Assembly (NCBI GenBank): GCA_050734515.1
Contig: JBOHUM010000099.1
Coordinates: forward strand, 3,123 to 67,122
Length of the DNA stretch: 64,000 nt
From: Candidatus Dormibacteria bacterium
GTDB taxonomy: Bacteria; Chloroflexota; Dormibacteria; Aeolococcales; Bog-877
Direction: 5' to 3'
Shown here: piece by piece, positions 24,212 to 33,764 of the stretch
Layout of the letters: each line of letters begins with the position of its first letter
How positions within the stretch are numbered: the first letter of the stretch is position 1
The notes under the pieces: model-generated
Databases searched by the model: none
The model's input: the letters and a program-made list of their open reading frames with translations, nothing else
Told to the model about the DNA's origin: nothing
Made by a program: the position numbers and the translations under genes

Positions 24212-26940
24212 AGGCCGGGCTCTACTTCCGCTACGCCACCCGCTCGCTGCGCCGGGGCGGCAACCGGACGGTGCTGGCGGGCTTCTGCGTCGGGGTCGGG
24301 GTGATGGCGATCGTGGGCCTGCAGCTGGCCGGCGCCATGGTCGCCGCCTCGGTCACCGCCAACGTCCGCTCCGCCAACGGCGGCGACGTCTCGGTGGTCT
24401 CGGTGGCGGTGCCCTTCCCGCCCAGCCAGCTGGCGCTCTTTGCCAAGCTCCGGCGCCAGGGCCGGATCACCCGCTACACCGCGATCCGCGAGTACCAGGC
24501 GACCCTGATCCGCCCCAACGGCCAGGGGGTGTCGATCACCATCGACGCCGTCGATCCCGCCAGCTTCCCCCTGGTGGGTGACCTCGCCATGCGCTCCGGA
24601 TCCCTGGGCGACTTCCACCAGTTGATCACCCGGCCCAACACCATGGTCCTCTCGGGGCCGGTCGCCAGCCTGCTGGGGGTGGCGACCGGACACGGGGTCC
24701 AGGTCGACGTCCCCGATGCCAAAAGGCCCGTTCGGTGGGCTGTCGGGGGGACCCTGGCCAGCTCGCCCCCGGCTGGGCTCAGCAACGACATCCTGGTGTC
24801 CGACGCCGAGCTCCACGGGGTCCTGAGCCCGGGGGCCCTTCTCGCCTACGGAGAGGTGTACGTCACCACCCGGAACGCGGCTCAGGCGAAGAAGGTGGCA
24901 AGCACCATCCGCGACCAGATGCCGCTAGCAACGGTCTCCACGGTGCAGCAGGCGCTCAGCTCCGACAAGCAGTCGGACCAGCAGCTGACCGAGTTCCTGT
25001 CGGTTGCCGGGCTGGCTGCGCTCCTGATCGGGGGGATCGGGATCGTCAACGCCATGCAGGTGAGCCTGGCCCGCCGCCGGCTCGAGATCGCCATGCTCAA
25101 GACCACCGGCTACCGGCGTCGCGACCTCTACCTGCTCTTCGGCCTGGAGGCGGGCCTGCTCGGGCTGATGGGCGGGGTGGCGGGGGCCGCCGCGGGCATC
25201 GCCCTCTCGGACGCCGTGCGAGTCCTGGTCCAGCAGGTCGCCGGCATCGAGATCAGCTTCGTGCTCAGCCCGGAGGTGATCCTGGCCGGAGTGGGCATCG
25301 GGGTGGCCACCACCGCCATCTTTGCCATCCTGCCCATCGTCCGGCTGAGCCGGGTTCGGCCGGTGGCGGTGCTGCGTGACCTGCCCGGGGGCCCCAGCGC
25401 CGGGGTGGTGGGGTCGAGCCTGGCCCTGCTGGCGCTGGTGGGCGCACTCTTCTGGCTGCTGGCGTCGGCGATCCTGGGCTCGGCGATCCTGGCGCTCTGG
25501 CTGGTGGTGGGGACTGGGGTGGCCCTGGCGCTTCTCACCGTGGCCTTCAGCCTGGCGCTCTGGGTGGTGGGGCGCCTGCCGGTTCCGGAGCGGCTCAGCC
25601 CCGGCTACGCCGTCCTGGTGGGGGTGCCGCTGCTGATCTCGATCGGAATCGCCCTGCTCCCCAGCCTGCGGGCCGTGGGCGCGCTGCTGATCGCGGCGGC
25701 GCTGCTGGGCTTCATCGTGGTATTCATCCCCCGCTCGGCCCGCTCGGTGATCCGGCTGGCCCTGCGCAACTCCTCGCGGGAGCGCACCCGCACCGCCGCT
25801 ACCGCCGTCGCCCTCTTCGTGGGGGTGTTCGCCGTGGGCCTGATCCTGGTCCTGGGCACCGACATCCGCAGCGACCTGGACAGCTTCATCACCAAGGCCA
25901 CCAACTACAACGTGGTCGCGGCGGTCCCGGTCAAGGACTCCCAGGCCCTGATCAAGGCCGCCTCCCAGCTGCACAGCCGCAAGGAGCTCCTCTCCCTGGT
26001 GGGCGCGACCACCCCCGTCGCCATCAATGGCCACCCCTTCGTCCAGGTGGGAACCGGGAGCTCCCACCTGGACCGGGCGCGGAGCGCGGTCAGCCTGCTG
26101 AGCGGGATTCAGGGCTTCGCCGTGGACCATGGAGTCCTGCCCCAGGTCGACATCACCAGCGGCCGCCAGCTGCGGGCCGGCGACGCCGCCAGCAACGGGG
26201 TGCTGGTGAGCTCCGCCCTGCGCCAAGCCCCCTACCACATCACGCCCGGCGACACGGTCACCGTGACCAACCCCTTCGCCGCCCACCCCAGCGAGGTCAC
26301 CCTCAAGGTGGTCGGCTTCTACATCCCGATCCAGACCAAGGGCAAGGGCGTATCTCTCAGCGTCACCCTAGAGTCGATCCTGGGCACGACCGCCACCGCC
26401 ACCGCGCTCGGAGCCAACGACCAGGTGGTCGAGCTCAAGCTGCCCCCGAATCGGGCCGGTGCCGCCTCCACCAAGCTGCGCCGCGCCGATCCCAAGGCGC
26501 TGGTCGTCAACCTGGCCGACTTCACCCTGATCATCGACCAGTTCCTCAACAACGCCATCCTCTTCCTCACCGCCATCGCCTCCCTGGCCCTCCTGGCGGG
26601 GATCGTGATCGTGGCCAACTCGGTAGCCCTCTCCCTGCTGGAGCGCCGCCGCGAGATTGGAATCCAGAAGGCCCTGGGCTTGAGCAGCCGCTCCGTCTAC
26701 TCCCAGGTGCTGGCGGAGACCGCGACCGTGGCCTGGTTGGGGGCCACCGGGGGGATGGCCGCGATTGCCCTGGTGCTGATCCCACTGGGAAGGCTGGTGC
26801 TCAAGGTGACTCTGGGCCTGCCCGCCCCGCTGGGGCTGGCGATCGTGGTCGGCGCCATCGTGGTGGCGGTGGGCACCGCGGCGCTGGTGGCCTGGGGCCC
26901 GATCCGGGTGCGGCCGCTGGAGGTGCTTCGCTACGAGTAG
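24208..26940 (+). CDS. FtsX-family ABC transporter permease (two FtsX modules)
   Basis: GTGA overlap with the ATPase stop. 910 aa, with two blocks of the pattern ...IGGIGIVNAMQVSLARRRLEIAMLKTTGY... and ...IVIVANSVALSLLERRREIGIQKALGL... Confidence 0.9.
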   Translation: MKAGLYFRYATRSLRRGGNRTVLAGFCVGVGVMAIVGLQLAGAMVAASVTANVRSANGGDVSVVSVAVPFPPSQLALFAKLRRQGRITRYTAIREYQATLIRPNGQGVSITIDAVDPASFPLVGDLAMRSGSLGDFHQLITRPNTMVLSGPVASLLGVATGHGVQVDVPDAKRPVRWAVGGTLASSPPAGLSNDILVSDAELHGVLSPGALLAYGEVYVTTRNAAQAKKVASTIRDQMPLATVSTVQQALSSDKQSDQQLTEFLSVAGLAALLIGGIGIVNAMQVSLARRRLEIAMLKTTGYRRRDLYLLFGLEAGLLGLMGGVAGAAAGIALSDAVRVLVQQVAGIEISFVLSPEVILAGVGIGVATTAIFAILPIVRLSRVRPVAVLRDLPGGPSAGVVGSSLALLALVGALFWLLASAILGSAILALWLVVGTGVALALLTVAFSLALWVVGRLPVPERLSPGYAVLVGVPLLISIGIALLPSLRAVGALLIAAALLGFIVVFIPRSARSVIRLALRNSSRERTRTAATAVALFVGVFAVGLILVLGTDIRSDLDSFITKATNYNVVAAVPVKDSQALIKAASQLHSRKELLSLVGATTPVAINGHPFVQVGTGSSHLDRARSAVSLLSGIQGFAVDHGVLPQVDITSGRQLRAGDAASNGVLVSSALRQAPYHITPGDTVTVTNPFAAHPSEVTLKVVGFYIPIQTKGKGVSLSVTLESILGTTATATALGANDQVVELKLPPNRAGAASTKLRRADPKALVVNLADFTLIIDQFLNNAILFLTAIASLALLAGIVIVANSVALSLLERRREIGIQKALGLSSRSVYSQVLAETATVAWLGATGGMAAIALVLIPLGRLVLKVTLGLPAPLGLAIVVGAIVVAVGTAALVAWGPIRVRPLEVLRYE

Positions 26941-27001
26941 CAGCCCCCAGGCGGTCACCCTGGGCCAGGCCCTGGAGGCCCTGGAGTCGGGCTACTCTGG
27001 C

Positions 27002-27610
27002 GTGGCCGCCCGCCTCCGCGATCTCGGACCCTGGGAGATGCTGGGGCCGACCCGGTGCCGCGGCTGGACCGTCTGCGACCTGAGCTATCACTTGCTCCTG
27101 GACGCCCAGCGCAGCCTGGTGGCGCTGGGGACGCCCACCGCCGCGGAGCCCGACCGCGACTACCGCAGCTACTGGCGCGGCTGGGAGGCGTCGGTGGCGG
27201 ACGCCCAGCTGGTGCGGGCCGCCGCCGCTGGCTTCGCCGACCCCCGCGACCCCGCCCGCATCTGGGGGCAGACCTCGGCCGCCGTGCTCCGCCTGGCCCA
27301 GGCCGCCGACCCCGGCCTGCGCTTGGCGACCCAGGGGCACGTGCTCGGCCTTCCCGACCTGCTGGCCACCCTGGCGGTTGAGATCACTGTTCACCACCTC
27401 GATCTGCTGCCGGGGCGGGCGACTGAAGGGCCGGGGCCCGGGCCGCTGGGCCTGCTGGAGCGGACCCTAGACGGGCTGCTGGGCGGCTCGCGCCCGCCAG
27501 GCTGGGATGTCGTCAGCTACGCCCTCAAGGCCACCGGCCGCGAGCCCCTCGGTCCCGAGGACCGCGCCGCCCTGGGCAAGCTGGCGGAGCGGCTGCCCCT
27601 ATTTACCTGA
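27002..27610 (+). CDS. maleylpyruvate-isomerase-N / DinB-like (mycothiol-dependent family) protein
   Basis: ...PTRCRGWTVCDLSYHLLLDAQRS... The in-frame sequence upstream (26942-27001, SPQAVTLGQALEALESGYSG) also looks like part of the domain, but I see no canonical start codon there, so the 5' end is uncertain. Confidence 0.7.
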   Translation: MAARLRDLGPWEMLGPTRCRGWTVCDLSYHLLLDAQRSLVALGTPTAAEPDRDYRSYWRGWEASVADAQLVRAAAAGFADPRDPARIWGQTSAAVLRLAQAADPGLRLATQGHVLGLPDLLATLAVEITVHHLDLLPGRATEGPGPGPLGLLERTLDGLLGGSRPPGWDVVSYALKATGREPLGPEDRAALGKLAERLPLFT

Positions 27611-27620
27611 GCTGGCGGCG

Positions 27621-28079
27621 CTAGTCGGTGCCGTGCTGCTGGCGCCGGGCCAGCCGCTCGGCCACAGCCGAGATCACCACGGGCCCAGCCAGCCTGGCGC
27701 CGCGGACCGCCAGGTTGCTGGCCAGCGAGCCCTTCCCTGACCGGGGCAGCCGGGGCGCCGACTCCGGCATCCGACCACTGGCAGCGGCCTCCACGAGCAG
27801 CTCCTCCAGGCGGAGCCGCCAGGCCTCGGGCATGCTGCGGATCCAGTCCCCTCCCAGCTCGGGGGCAGCCCGCCGGTGGCGGCGAGCGCGCACCCGGGTG
27901 GCGACCACCACCAGGGCCACCACCGCCAACCCCGCCGCCACCCTCAGGCCGTCGCGGCGGAGCCGGACCCGGGGGTCGAGGTCGTGGCGAACCCGGGCCT
28001 CCAGCCGGTCGAGGCTGGCGTCCATGCGATCCCGGGTGGCGGCTACGGCCGCGCGCGCTTGCTCAGTCGACGTGCCCAA
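27621..28079 (-). CDS. DUF3618 domain protein
   Basis: TSTEQARAAVAATRDRMDASLDRLEARV (DUF3618-like) followed by one TM (AAGLAVVALVVVATRV). Start assigned to TTG 28079. The rest of the 303-aa track ORF is antisense or off-frame. Confidence 0.6.
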   Translation of the reverse strand: MGTSTEQARAAVAATRDRMDASLDRLEARVRHDLDPRVRLRRDGLRVAAGLAVVALVVVATRVRARRHRRAAPELGGDWIRSMPEAWRLRLEELLVEAAASGRMPESAPRLPRSGKGSLASNLAVRGARLAGPVVISAVAERLARRQQHGTD

Positions 28080-28435
28080 TCCAGGTCCTCTTCCAAGCTG
28101 GCCTTGGTCTGGGAGAAGGGCCAGAGGCGGCGGTTGATCCAGATCACCAGCCCACCGCCCAGCAGTGAGACCAGGCCCGCCGCCGCCACCAGACCCGCCA
28201 CCAGGGCATGGTCGGGGCGCCACTCCACCAACGTCACCAGGGCAAAGACGGCCATAACCCCGGTGCCGATCAGGGCCAGGGCGGCCCCCAGGGCGGCGCG
28301 CAGCCCCCGCATCGCGGTCGCCTTCATCTCCGCCTTGGCCAGCGCGATCTCGTCGGTCACCAGATGGCGCACCTCCTGGCTGACTTCGCGCATCAGTTCG
28401 GAGACGCTCTCCGCAGGAGCCTCGGGGTGGACCAT
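28043..28435 (-). CDS. Holin-X (holin superfamily III, actinobacterial) family membrane protein
   Basis: SVSELMREVSQEVRHLVTDEIALAKAEMKA... followed by two TM segments, then ...SLEEDLDWAR. This matches the Holin-X pattern. Confidence 0.75.
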   Translation of the reverse strand: MVHPEAPAESVSELMREVSQEVRHLVTDEIALAKAEMKATAMRGLRAALGAALALIGTGVMAVFALVTLVEWRPDHALVAGLVAAAGLVSLLGGGLVIWINRRLWPFSQTKASLEEDLDWARRLSKRARP

Positions 28436-28489
28436 GAAGGCAGCGTAGCGGATCGTGGTGCCGGGCTCCTCTGGACCTATGATCGGAGC

Positions 28490-29314
28490 GTGGCCGGTCC
28501 GCCGCCCGGGAAGCTGAGCGATCTGGCCGCACCCCTGGTGCGCCTGGCCCGGCGGGGCAGCCTGCTGGTCGCCAGCGACTTCGACGGGACCCTGGCGCCG
28601 GTGGTGCGGGACCCCCGCCGGGCCCGTCCCCTGCCCGAGGCCGCCCGGGCTCTGACCGAGCTGGCCCGCCTGACTCCGGTGGCCGTGATCAGCGGCCGGG
28701 ACCTGGCCAACCTGGCCCGGCAGTGCCCGCTACCGGGGGTGGTGCTGCTGGGCAGCTACGGCCTGGAGCCCTGGCGCGAGGGCGGCTCCGGCCAGCTGCC
28801 CCGAGCCGCGGCCAGCCAGTCCCCGCGGCTGCAGGCCCTGGCGGTCCAGCTCCAGCAGGCGACCGGGGGCTGGCCGGGGGTGGAGGTGGAGGCCAAGGCG
28901 TTGGGGATCGCCGTCCACTATCGCAATTCGCCGGAACGGCAGCGGGTCGGGGCTGAGCTGCGCCGGCTGCTGGAGGGGGTCTCCCAGCGCGAGGGGCTGG
29001 GCCTGCTGCGCGGACGCCAGGTCTTGGAACTGCGGGACCGGCACGCCGGCGACAAGGGCACGGCTCTGGTGCAGCTCCTGGATCGGATGGCGCCCCGCGG
29101 CTGCGTCTTCGCCGGCGACGACTTCGGCGATCTGCCGGCGATGGTCCAGCTGCACGGGCGCCGCCCCCGACTGGAGCTGGCCCTGGCCCTGGCGGTGCTG
29201 AGCCCGGAGACCCCACCCGGGCTGCAGGCCGAGGCCGACTTCAGCCTGAGCGGCCCCGACCAGTGGGCGATGCTGTTGGACATCGTGGTCGGAGAGCTGG
29301 CCCGGGCTGCCTGA
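28490..29314 (+). CDS. otsB: trehalose-6-phosphate phosphatase
   Basis: HAD motif I LLVASDFDGTLAP, then ...VAVISGRD...GDKG...FAGDDFGD. Start set at GTG 28490 (uncertain). Confidence 0.85.
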   Translation: MAGPPPGKLSDLAAPLVRLARRGSLLVASDFDGTLAPVVRDPRRARPLPEAARALTELARLTPVAVISGRDLANLARQCPLPGVVLLGSYGLEPWREGGSGQLPRAAASQSPRLQALAVQLQQATGGWPGVEVEAKALGIAVHYRNSPERQRVGAELRRLLEGVSQREGLGLLRGRQVLELRDRHAGDKGTALVQLLDRMAPRGCVFAGDDFGDLPAMVQLHGRRPRLELALALAVLSPETPPGLQAEADFSLSGPDQWAMLLDIVVGELARAA

Positions 29315-30814
29315 TCAGCCCCCACCCAGCTCGCTGAGGTCCTGGAGCTGGCTCGTGATCCAGCGGACGATGTCGTGCTTGCGGACCGTCTGGCGCAGGT
29401 GCCGGGCGCGGGTGCTGCGGTCCCGCTTGGGCATGGTCAGCGCCGAGTAGAGCGCCTCCGCGGTCTGGTCAATGTCGAAGGGGTTGATGGTCAGGGCGTC
29501 GCTGCCCAGCTCCTCGTGGCTGCCGGCGTTCTCGCTCAGCACCAGCACCCCGTCCCGGGTGTTGCAGATCACCCCTTCCTTGGCGACCAGGTTCATGCCG
29601 TCGTAGATGGGATTGACCAGCAGGGCGTCGTAGTCCTTGTAGGCGGCGACCGCCTTGTACATGTTCTCCTCGACCTCGAGGCGGATCGGCATCCAGGTCC
29701 CGGTCTGGAAGCGGCGATTGACGTGGGAGGCGGCGCTGACCAGCGCCCCCAGGTAGGAGCGGTAGGCGTCGACGTTCTGGCGGCTGCGCTGGAGCATGGC
29801 CCAGAAGATCACCCGGCCCCTGAGCTCGGGGTGGGACTCCAGCAGCCGCTCGTAGGCGAGGAAGCCGCGGACGATGTTCTTGCTGAGGTCGGTGCGGTCC
29901 ACCCGCAGAATCAGGTACTCGGGTCGCCAGGCGGCGAGCAGCTCCCCCTGGCGCAGCACCTCCGGGTGCTGCGCCAGCTCCACCAGCCCGCGGACGTCGA
30001 TGGAGATCGGGTAGGGCCGGATCCAGACGCTGCGGCCCTCGTAGAAGACGGTCGACTGACGGTGGTCCACCGCCAGTCCCATGTTCTCCTCGCAGGTGAG
30101 CAGGAAGTTGCGGGCGTCGAGGCTGGTCTGGACCCCGACCACGTCGCTGCCCAAGAGGCCGGCGACGACCGCGTCGCGCATGTGTCGGGGCAAGACCTTC
30201 CAGTACTGGGGGGTGGGCCAGGGGATGTGGACGAAGTGCTGCAATTGCACCGCCGGCAGGCGCGAGCGCACCATCCCCGGGAGCAGGTAGAGGTGGTAGT
30301 CCTGGCTCATGATCAGGGGCCGGGCCTGGCTCCGCTCCGCCAGGCAGACCACGCGGTCCGCGAACTGCTGGTTGACGGCCACGTAACCGTCCCGCCAGGC
30401 ATGCTCGGTGCGTGAGTCCAGGATCGGCTCCCGGCCCAGATCCCAGAGGTAGTGCTGGATGAACCAGAGCAGCGGGTTGCTAACCCGGTTGTAGTAGAGC
30501 TCGTAGGCGGTGGGATCGGGGTCGACGTAGGAGATGCGATACCTCTCCCCGTCCTCGGTCTCGGCCTCGACCACCCCGTCGCCCGAGACCCGCTCCGCCA
30601 GCGCCCGGTCAGCGCCCCCCCGAGCTCCCGCCACCCAGATGGCGCCGCTGGCCCGGGCCAGGGCGGACATGGCGGTGACCAAGCCGCCCCCACCCCGGGT
30701 GATCCGCTCCCCGCCGTCCGCCAGGGGCTGGATGTCGATCGGGGGACGGTTGGCGACCACGAAGGGCTGCCAGTCGCGCAGCATCCGGCGCAGGTAGGGT
30801 TCCATCCCCGGCAT
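29315..30814 (-). CDS. otsA: alpha,alpha-trehalose-phosphate synthase (GT20)
   Basis: FVVANRPP...GGGLVTAMSAL...YYNRVSNPLLWFIQHYLWD...DGMNLVAKE. Confidence 0.95.
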   Translation of the reverse strand: MPGMEPYLRRMLRDWQPFVVANRPPIDIQPLADGGERITRGGGGLVTAMSALARASGAIWVAGARGGADRALAERVSGDGVVEAETEDGERYRISYVDPDPTAYELYYNRVSNPLLWFIQHYLWDLGREPILDSRTEHAWRDGYVAVNQQFADRVVCLAERSQARPLIMSQDYHLYLLPGMVRSRLPAVQLQHFVHIPWPTPQYWKVLPRHMRDAVVAGLLGSDVVGVQTSLDARNFLLTCEENMGLAVDHRQSTVFYEGRSVWIRPYPISIDVRGLVELAQHPEVLRQGELLAAWRPEYLILRVDRTDLSKNIVRGFLAYERLLESHPELRGRVIFWAMLQRSRQNVDAYRSYLGALVSAASHVNRRFQTGTWMPIRLEVEENMYKAVAAYKDYDALLVNPIYDGMNLVAKEGVICNTRDGVLVLSENAGSHEELGSDALTINPFDIDQTAEALYSALTMPKRDRSTRARHLRQTVRKHDIVRWITSQLQDLSELGGG

Positions 30815-30887
30815 CCGGCCTAGGATGACGGACCTCAGGGCCCCGGAGCCATGTGGCTACTGCGTTCTGACCGGCTAAAGTCTGCCG

Positions 30888-32021
30888 ATGCGCATCGTGG
30901 TCCCTCGGGAGAGCGCTCCGGGCGAGCTGCGGGTGGCGGTGGTTCCGGACTCGATTCCCAGGCTCCAGGGGCTGGGGGCTGAGGTGGCGGTGGAGAAGGG
31001 AGCGGGCGCGGCGGCCTTCTTTCCCCAGGCCGACTACTCCCAGGCCGGGGCGCTGACCGTCTCCACCCACCGCCAGGCGCTCTCGGGCGCCGATCTGCTG
31101 CTCAAGGTCCGGGCGCCCCTGGAGCGGGGAGAGGGCGTGGCCGAGGTGGTCGCCCTGCGCCGCGGCAGCGTGCTGGTGGGCCTGCTCCAGGCCCGCGAGC
31201 GGCCCGAGCTCCTGGCCCAGCTGGCTCAGCGGGGGATCACCGCCTTCAGTCTTGAACTGCTTCCCCGCATCAGCCGGGCCCAGGACATGGACGTGCTCTC
31301 GGCGATGAGCACCGTGTCCGGGTACTACGCGGTTCTCTTGGGCGCCTCGCGGCTGGCCAAGCTGTTCCCGCTGATGATGACCGCCGCGGGCACAATCACC
31401 CCGGCCCGGGTACTGGTGCTGGGCGCCGGTGTCGCCGGCCTGCAGGCGATCGCCACCGCCCGCCGCTTGGGCGCGGTGGTCCGTGCCTTCGACGTGCGCC
31501 CCGCGGTCAAGGAGCAGGTCGAGAGCCTGGGCGCTGGCTTCGTCGAGCTCGAGCAGGAGGTCGAGCACGTCGAAGGCAGCGGTGGCTATGCCGGTGAGAT
31601 CTCCCACCGGGCGCAGCGCCGAGAGCAGCAGGCCCTGGCCCGGGAGGTGGGGGAGGCGGATGTGGTGATCTGCACCGCCCTGGTCCCGGGCCGGCGGGCG
31701 CCGATCCTGGTGACGCGAGCGGCGGTGGCGGCGATGCGACCGGGCTCGGTGGTGGTCGACCTGGCCGCCGAGGCCGGGGGCAACTGTGAGCTCACCCGCC
31801 CCGGTGCCGAGATCACGAGCCGCGGCGTCCTCGTCCTCGGCCCGCTCAACGTCCCCTCGCGGCTGGCCCACCACGCCAGTCAGCTGTTCTCGCGCAACGT
31901 CTCCCGCTTCGCCACCCTGCTGGTCAAGCAGGGCCGCCTGGAGTTCGACCTTGACGATCCGGTGCTGGCGGCGACCTGCGTCGCCCATGAGGGCCGGGTG
32001 CGAGAGGCGGGGACAGTGTGA
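30888..32021 (+). CDS. pntA: NAD(P) transhydrogenase alpha subunit, part 1
   Basis: Alanine-dehydrogenase/PNT fold: MRIVVPRESAPGELRVA...VLVLGAGVAGLQAIATARRLGA. Confidence 0.95.
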   Translation: MRIVVPRESAPGELRVAVVPDSIPRLQGLGAEVAVEKGAGAAAFFPQADYSQAGALTVSTHRQALSGADLLLKVRAPLERGEGVAEVVALRRGSVLVGLLQARERPELLAQLAQRGITAFSLELLPRISRAQDMDVLSAMSTVSGYYAVLLGASRLAKLFPLMMTAAGTITPARVLVLGAGVAGLQAIATARRLGAVVRAFDVRPAVKEQVESLGAGFVELEQEVEHVEGSGGYAGEISHRAQRREQQALAREVGEADVVICTALVPGRRAPILVTRAAVAAMRPGSVVVDLAAEAGGNCELTRPGAEITSRGVLVLGPLNVPSRLAHHASQLFSRNVSRFATLLVKQGRLEFDLDDPVLAATCVAHEGRVREAGTV

Positions 32022-32335
32022 GCGGCTTCGGCGGCACGCTCCTGATCGGGCTCTTCATCTTTGTGCTCGCCGTCTTCATTGGCTTCGAGCTGATCTCCAA
32101 GGTGCCCGCCACCCTCCATACCCCGTTGATGTCGGGGACCAACGCCATACACGGCATCGTCCTAGTGGGGGCGCTGGTGGTGGCGGCGGGGGTGCACGGG
32201 ACCGTGGGGACGGTGATCGCCTTCCTGGCGGTGCTGCTGGGCACCATCAACGTGGTTGGCGGTTTCGTGGTCACCGACCGCATGCTGCAGATGTTCAAGC
32301 GCCGCCCCGACTCCGACCGGGGCGCGGGGCGTTGA
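32018..32335 (+). CDS. NAD(P) transhydrogenase alpha subunit, part 2 (membrane)
   Basis: GTGA overlap with the upstream stop. 105 aa, three TM segments, ...TPLMSGTNAIHGIVLVGA... Confidence 0.9.
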   Translation: MSGFGGTLLIGLFIFVLAVFIGFELISKVPATLHTPLMSGTNAIHGIVLVGALVVAAGVHGTVGTVIAFLAVLLGTINVVGGFVVTDRMLQMFKRRPDSDRGAGR

Positions 32336-33753
32336 GCCACTTCCCGCAGCTGGTCGCCCTGGGCTACCTGGCGGCGGTGATCCTCTTCATCTTCGGCATC
32401 CGGCTCCTGGGCTCCGCGGCCACCGCGCGCCGGGGCAACCGGCTGGCTGCGGTGGGGATGCTGATTGCGCTGGTGGTGACCTTCGTCGGCCTAGGGGCGC
32501 TGCCCTGGCTGGCGGTCCTGCCCGCCCTGGCGGTGGGGGTGGTGGTGGGCACGGTGGCCGCCCGGGCGGTGCGGATGACCGCCATGCCCCAGATGGTGGC
32601 GCTGTTCAACGGCATGGGCGGGGGAGCCGCCGCCCTGATCGGCGCCGGCGAGTTCGTCCGCCGCACCGCCCACCTCGCCCCCGCCGTCCACACCCTGGGC
32701 CCGAACGAAACCATCCCCATCATGCTTGGCTGCCTGATCGGGACGATCAGTTTCTCTGGGAGCCTGATCGCCTTCAGCAAGCTCCAGGGGGTGATGCGGG
32801 GGACGCCGATCACCTTCCCGCGCCAGCGCTGGGCCAACGCCACCCTGCTGGCGGTGATCGTGGCCCTGGGGGTGGTCGTGATCGTGGTCACTTCCTCGCC
32901 CTGGCTACTGGCCGTCTTCGGGGTGCTGGCCCTGGCCTTCGGGGTGGCCTTCGTGCTCCCGGTGGGTGGCGCCGACATGCCAGTGATCATCTCCCTGCTC
33001 AACGCCTTCACCGGCCTGGCGGCAGCGATCAGCGGCTTCGTGCTCGGCAACGAGGTGCTGATCGTGGCCGGCGCCCTGGTGGGGGCCTCGGGGACGATCC
33101 TCACCCAGCTGATGAGCCGGGCCATGAACCGCTCCTTGGGCAACGTGCTCTTCAGCGCCTTCGGCAGCGCCGTGGCTGCTGCGGGGGCCGGCGCCGGCGA
33201 TGGCGAGCAGACGGTGCACAGCGTGAGCGCCGAGGACGTGGCTCTGCTCCTCGGCTACGCGCGCCAGGTGATCTTCGTCCCCGGGTACGGGATGGCGGTG
33301 GCCAAGGCCCAGCACGACGTCCGGGAACTTGCCACTCAGCTGGAGAAGCGCCACGTCCAGGTCAAGTACGCCATCCACCCGGTGGCGGGCCGGATGCCCG
33401 GCCATATGAACGTTCTCCTGGCCGAGGCCGACGTTCCCTACACCCAGCTCTACGAGATGGATGACATCAATCCCGACTTCGCCCGCACTGAGGTGGCGGT
33501 GGTGATCGGCGCCAACGACGTCACCAACCCGGCGGCTCGCAACACCCCGTCCAGCCCCATCTACGGGATGCCCATCCTCAACGTCGACCAAGCCGAGCAC
33601 GTGGTGGTGCTGAAGCGGAGCATGAACCCCGGCTTCGCCGGTATCGACAACGAGCTCTACTACAACCCCAAGACCCTGATGCTGTTCGGCGACGCCCGGG
33701 AGTCGGTGGTGCAGCTGGTGGCGGCGCTGAAGGAGTTGGTGCCCGCCCGCTGA
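32332..33753 (+). CDS. pntB: NAD(P) transhydrogenase beta subunit
   Basis: TTG 32332 overlaps the upstream stop (TTGA). ...VIFVPGYGMAVAKAQH...IHPVAGRMPGHMNVLLAEA...GANDVTNPAA. The upstream 182 codons of the track ORF are off-frame overlap. Confidence 0.95.
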   Translation: MSHFPQLVALGYLAAVILFIFGIRLLGSAATARRGNRLAAVGMLIALVVTFVGLGALPWLAVLPALAVGVVVGTVAARAVRMTAMPQMVALFNGMGGGAAALIGAGEFVRRTAHLAPAVHTLGPNETIPIMLGCLIGTISFSGSLIAFSKLQGVMRGTPITFPRQRWANATLLAVIVALGVVVIVVTSSPWLLAVFGVLALAFGVAFVLPVGGADMPVIISLLNAFTGLAAAISGFVLGNEVLIVAGALVGASGTILTQLMSRAMNRSLGNVLFSAFGSAVAAAGAGAGDGEQTVHSVSAEDVALLLGYARQVIFVPGYGMAVAKAQHDVRELATQLEKRHVQVKYAIHPVAGRMPGHMNVLLAEADVPYTQLYEMDDINPDFARTEVAVVIGANDVTNPAARNTPSSPIYGMPILNVDQAEHVVVLKRSMNPGFAGIDNELYYNPKTLMLFGDARESVVQLVAALKELVPAR

Positions 33754-33764
33754 AGCCCGCCGGG

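Noticed and set aside
23698-26286. Two long minus-strand ORFs (372 aa and 453 aa)
   Set aside because: They are antisense to the ABC ATPase and FtsX permease genes, whose own frames carry Walker/signature and FtsX motifs.
30609-31988. 459-aa minus-strand ORF
   Set aside because: It is antisense to pntAA and off-frame to the otsA 5' end. It has no motifs and an Arg/Gly/His-rich composition.
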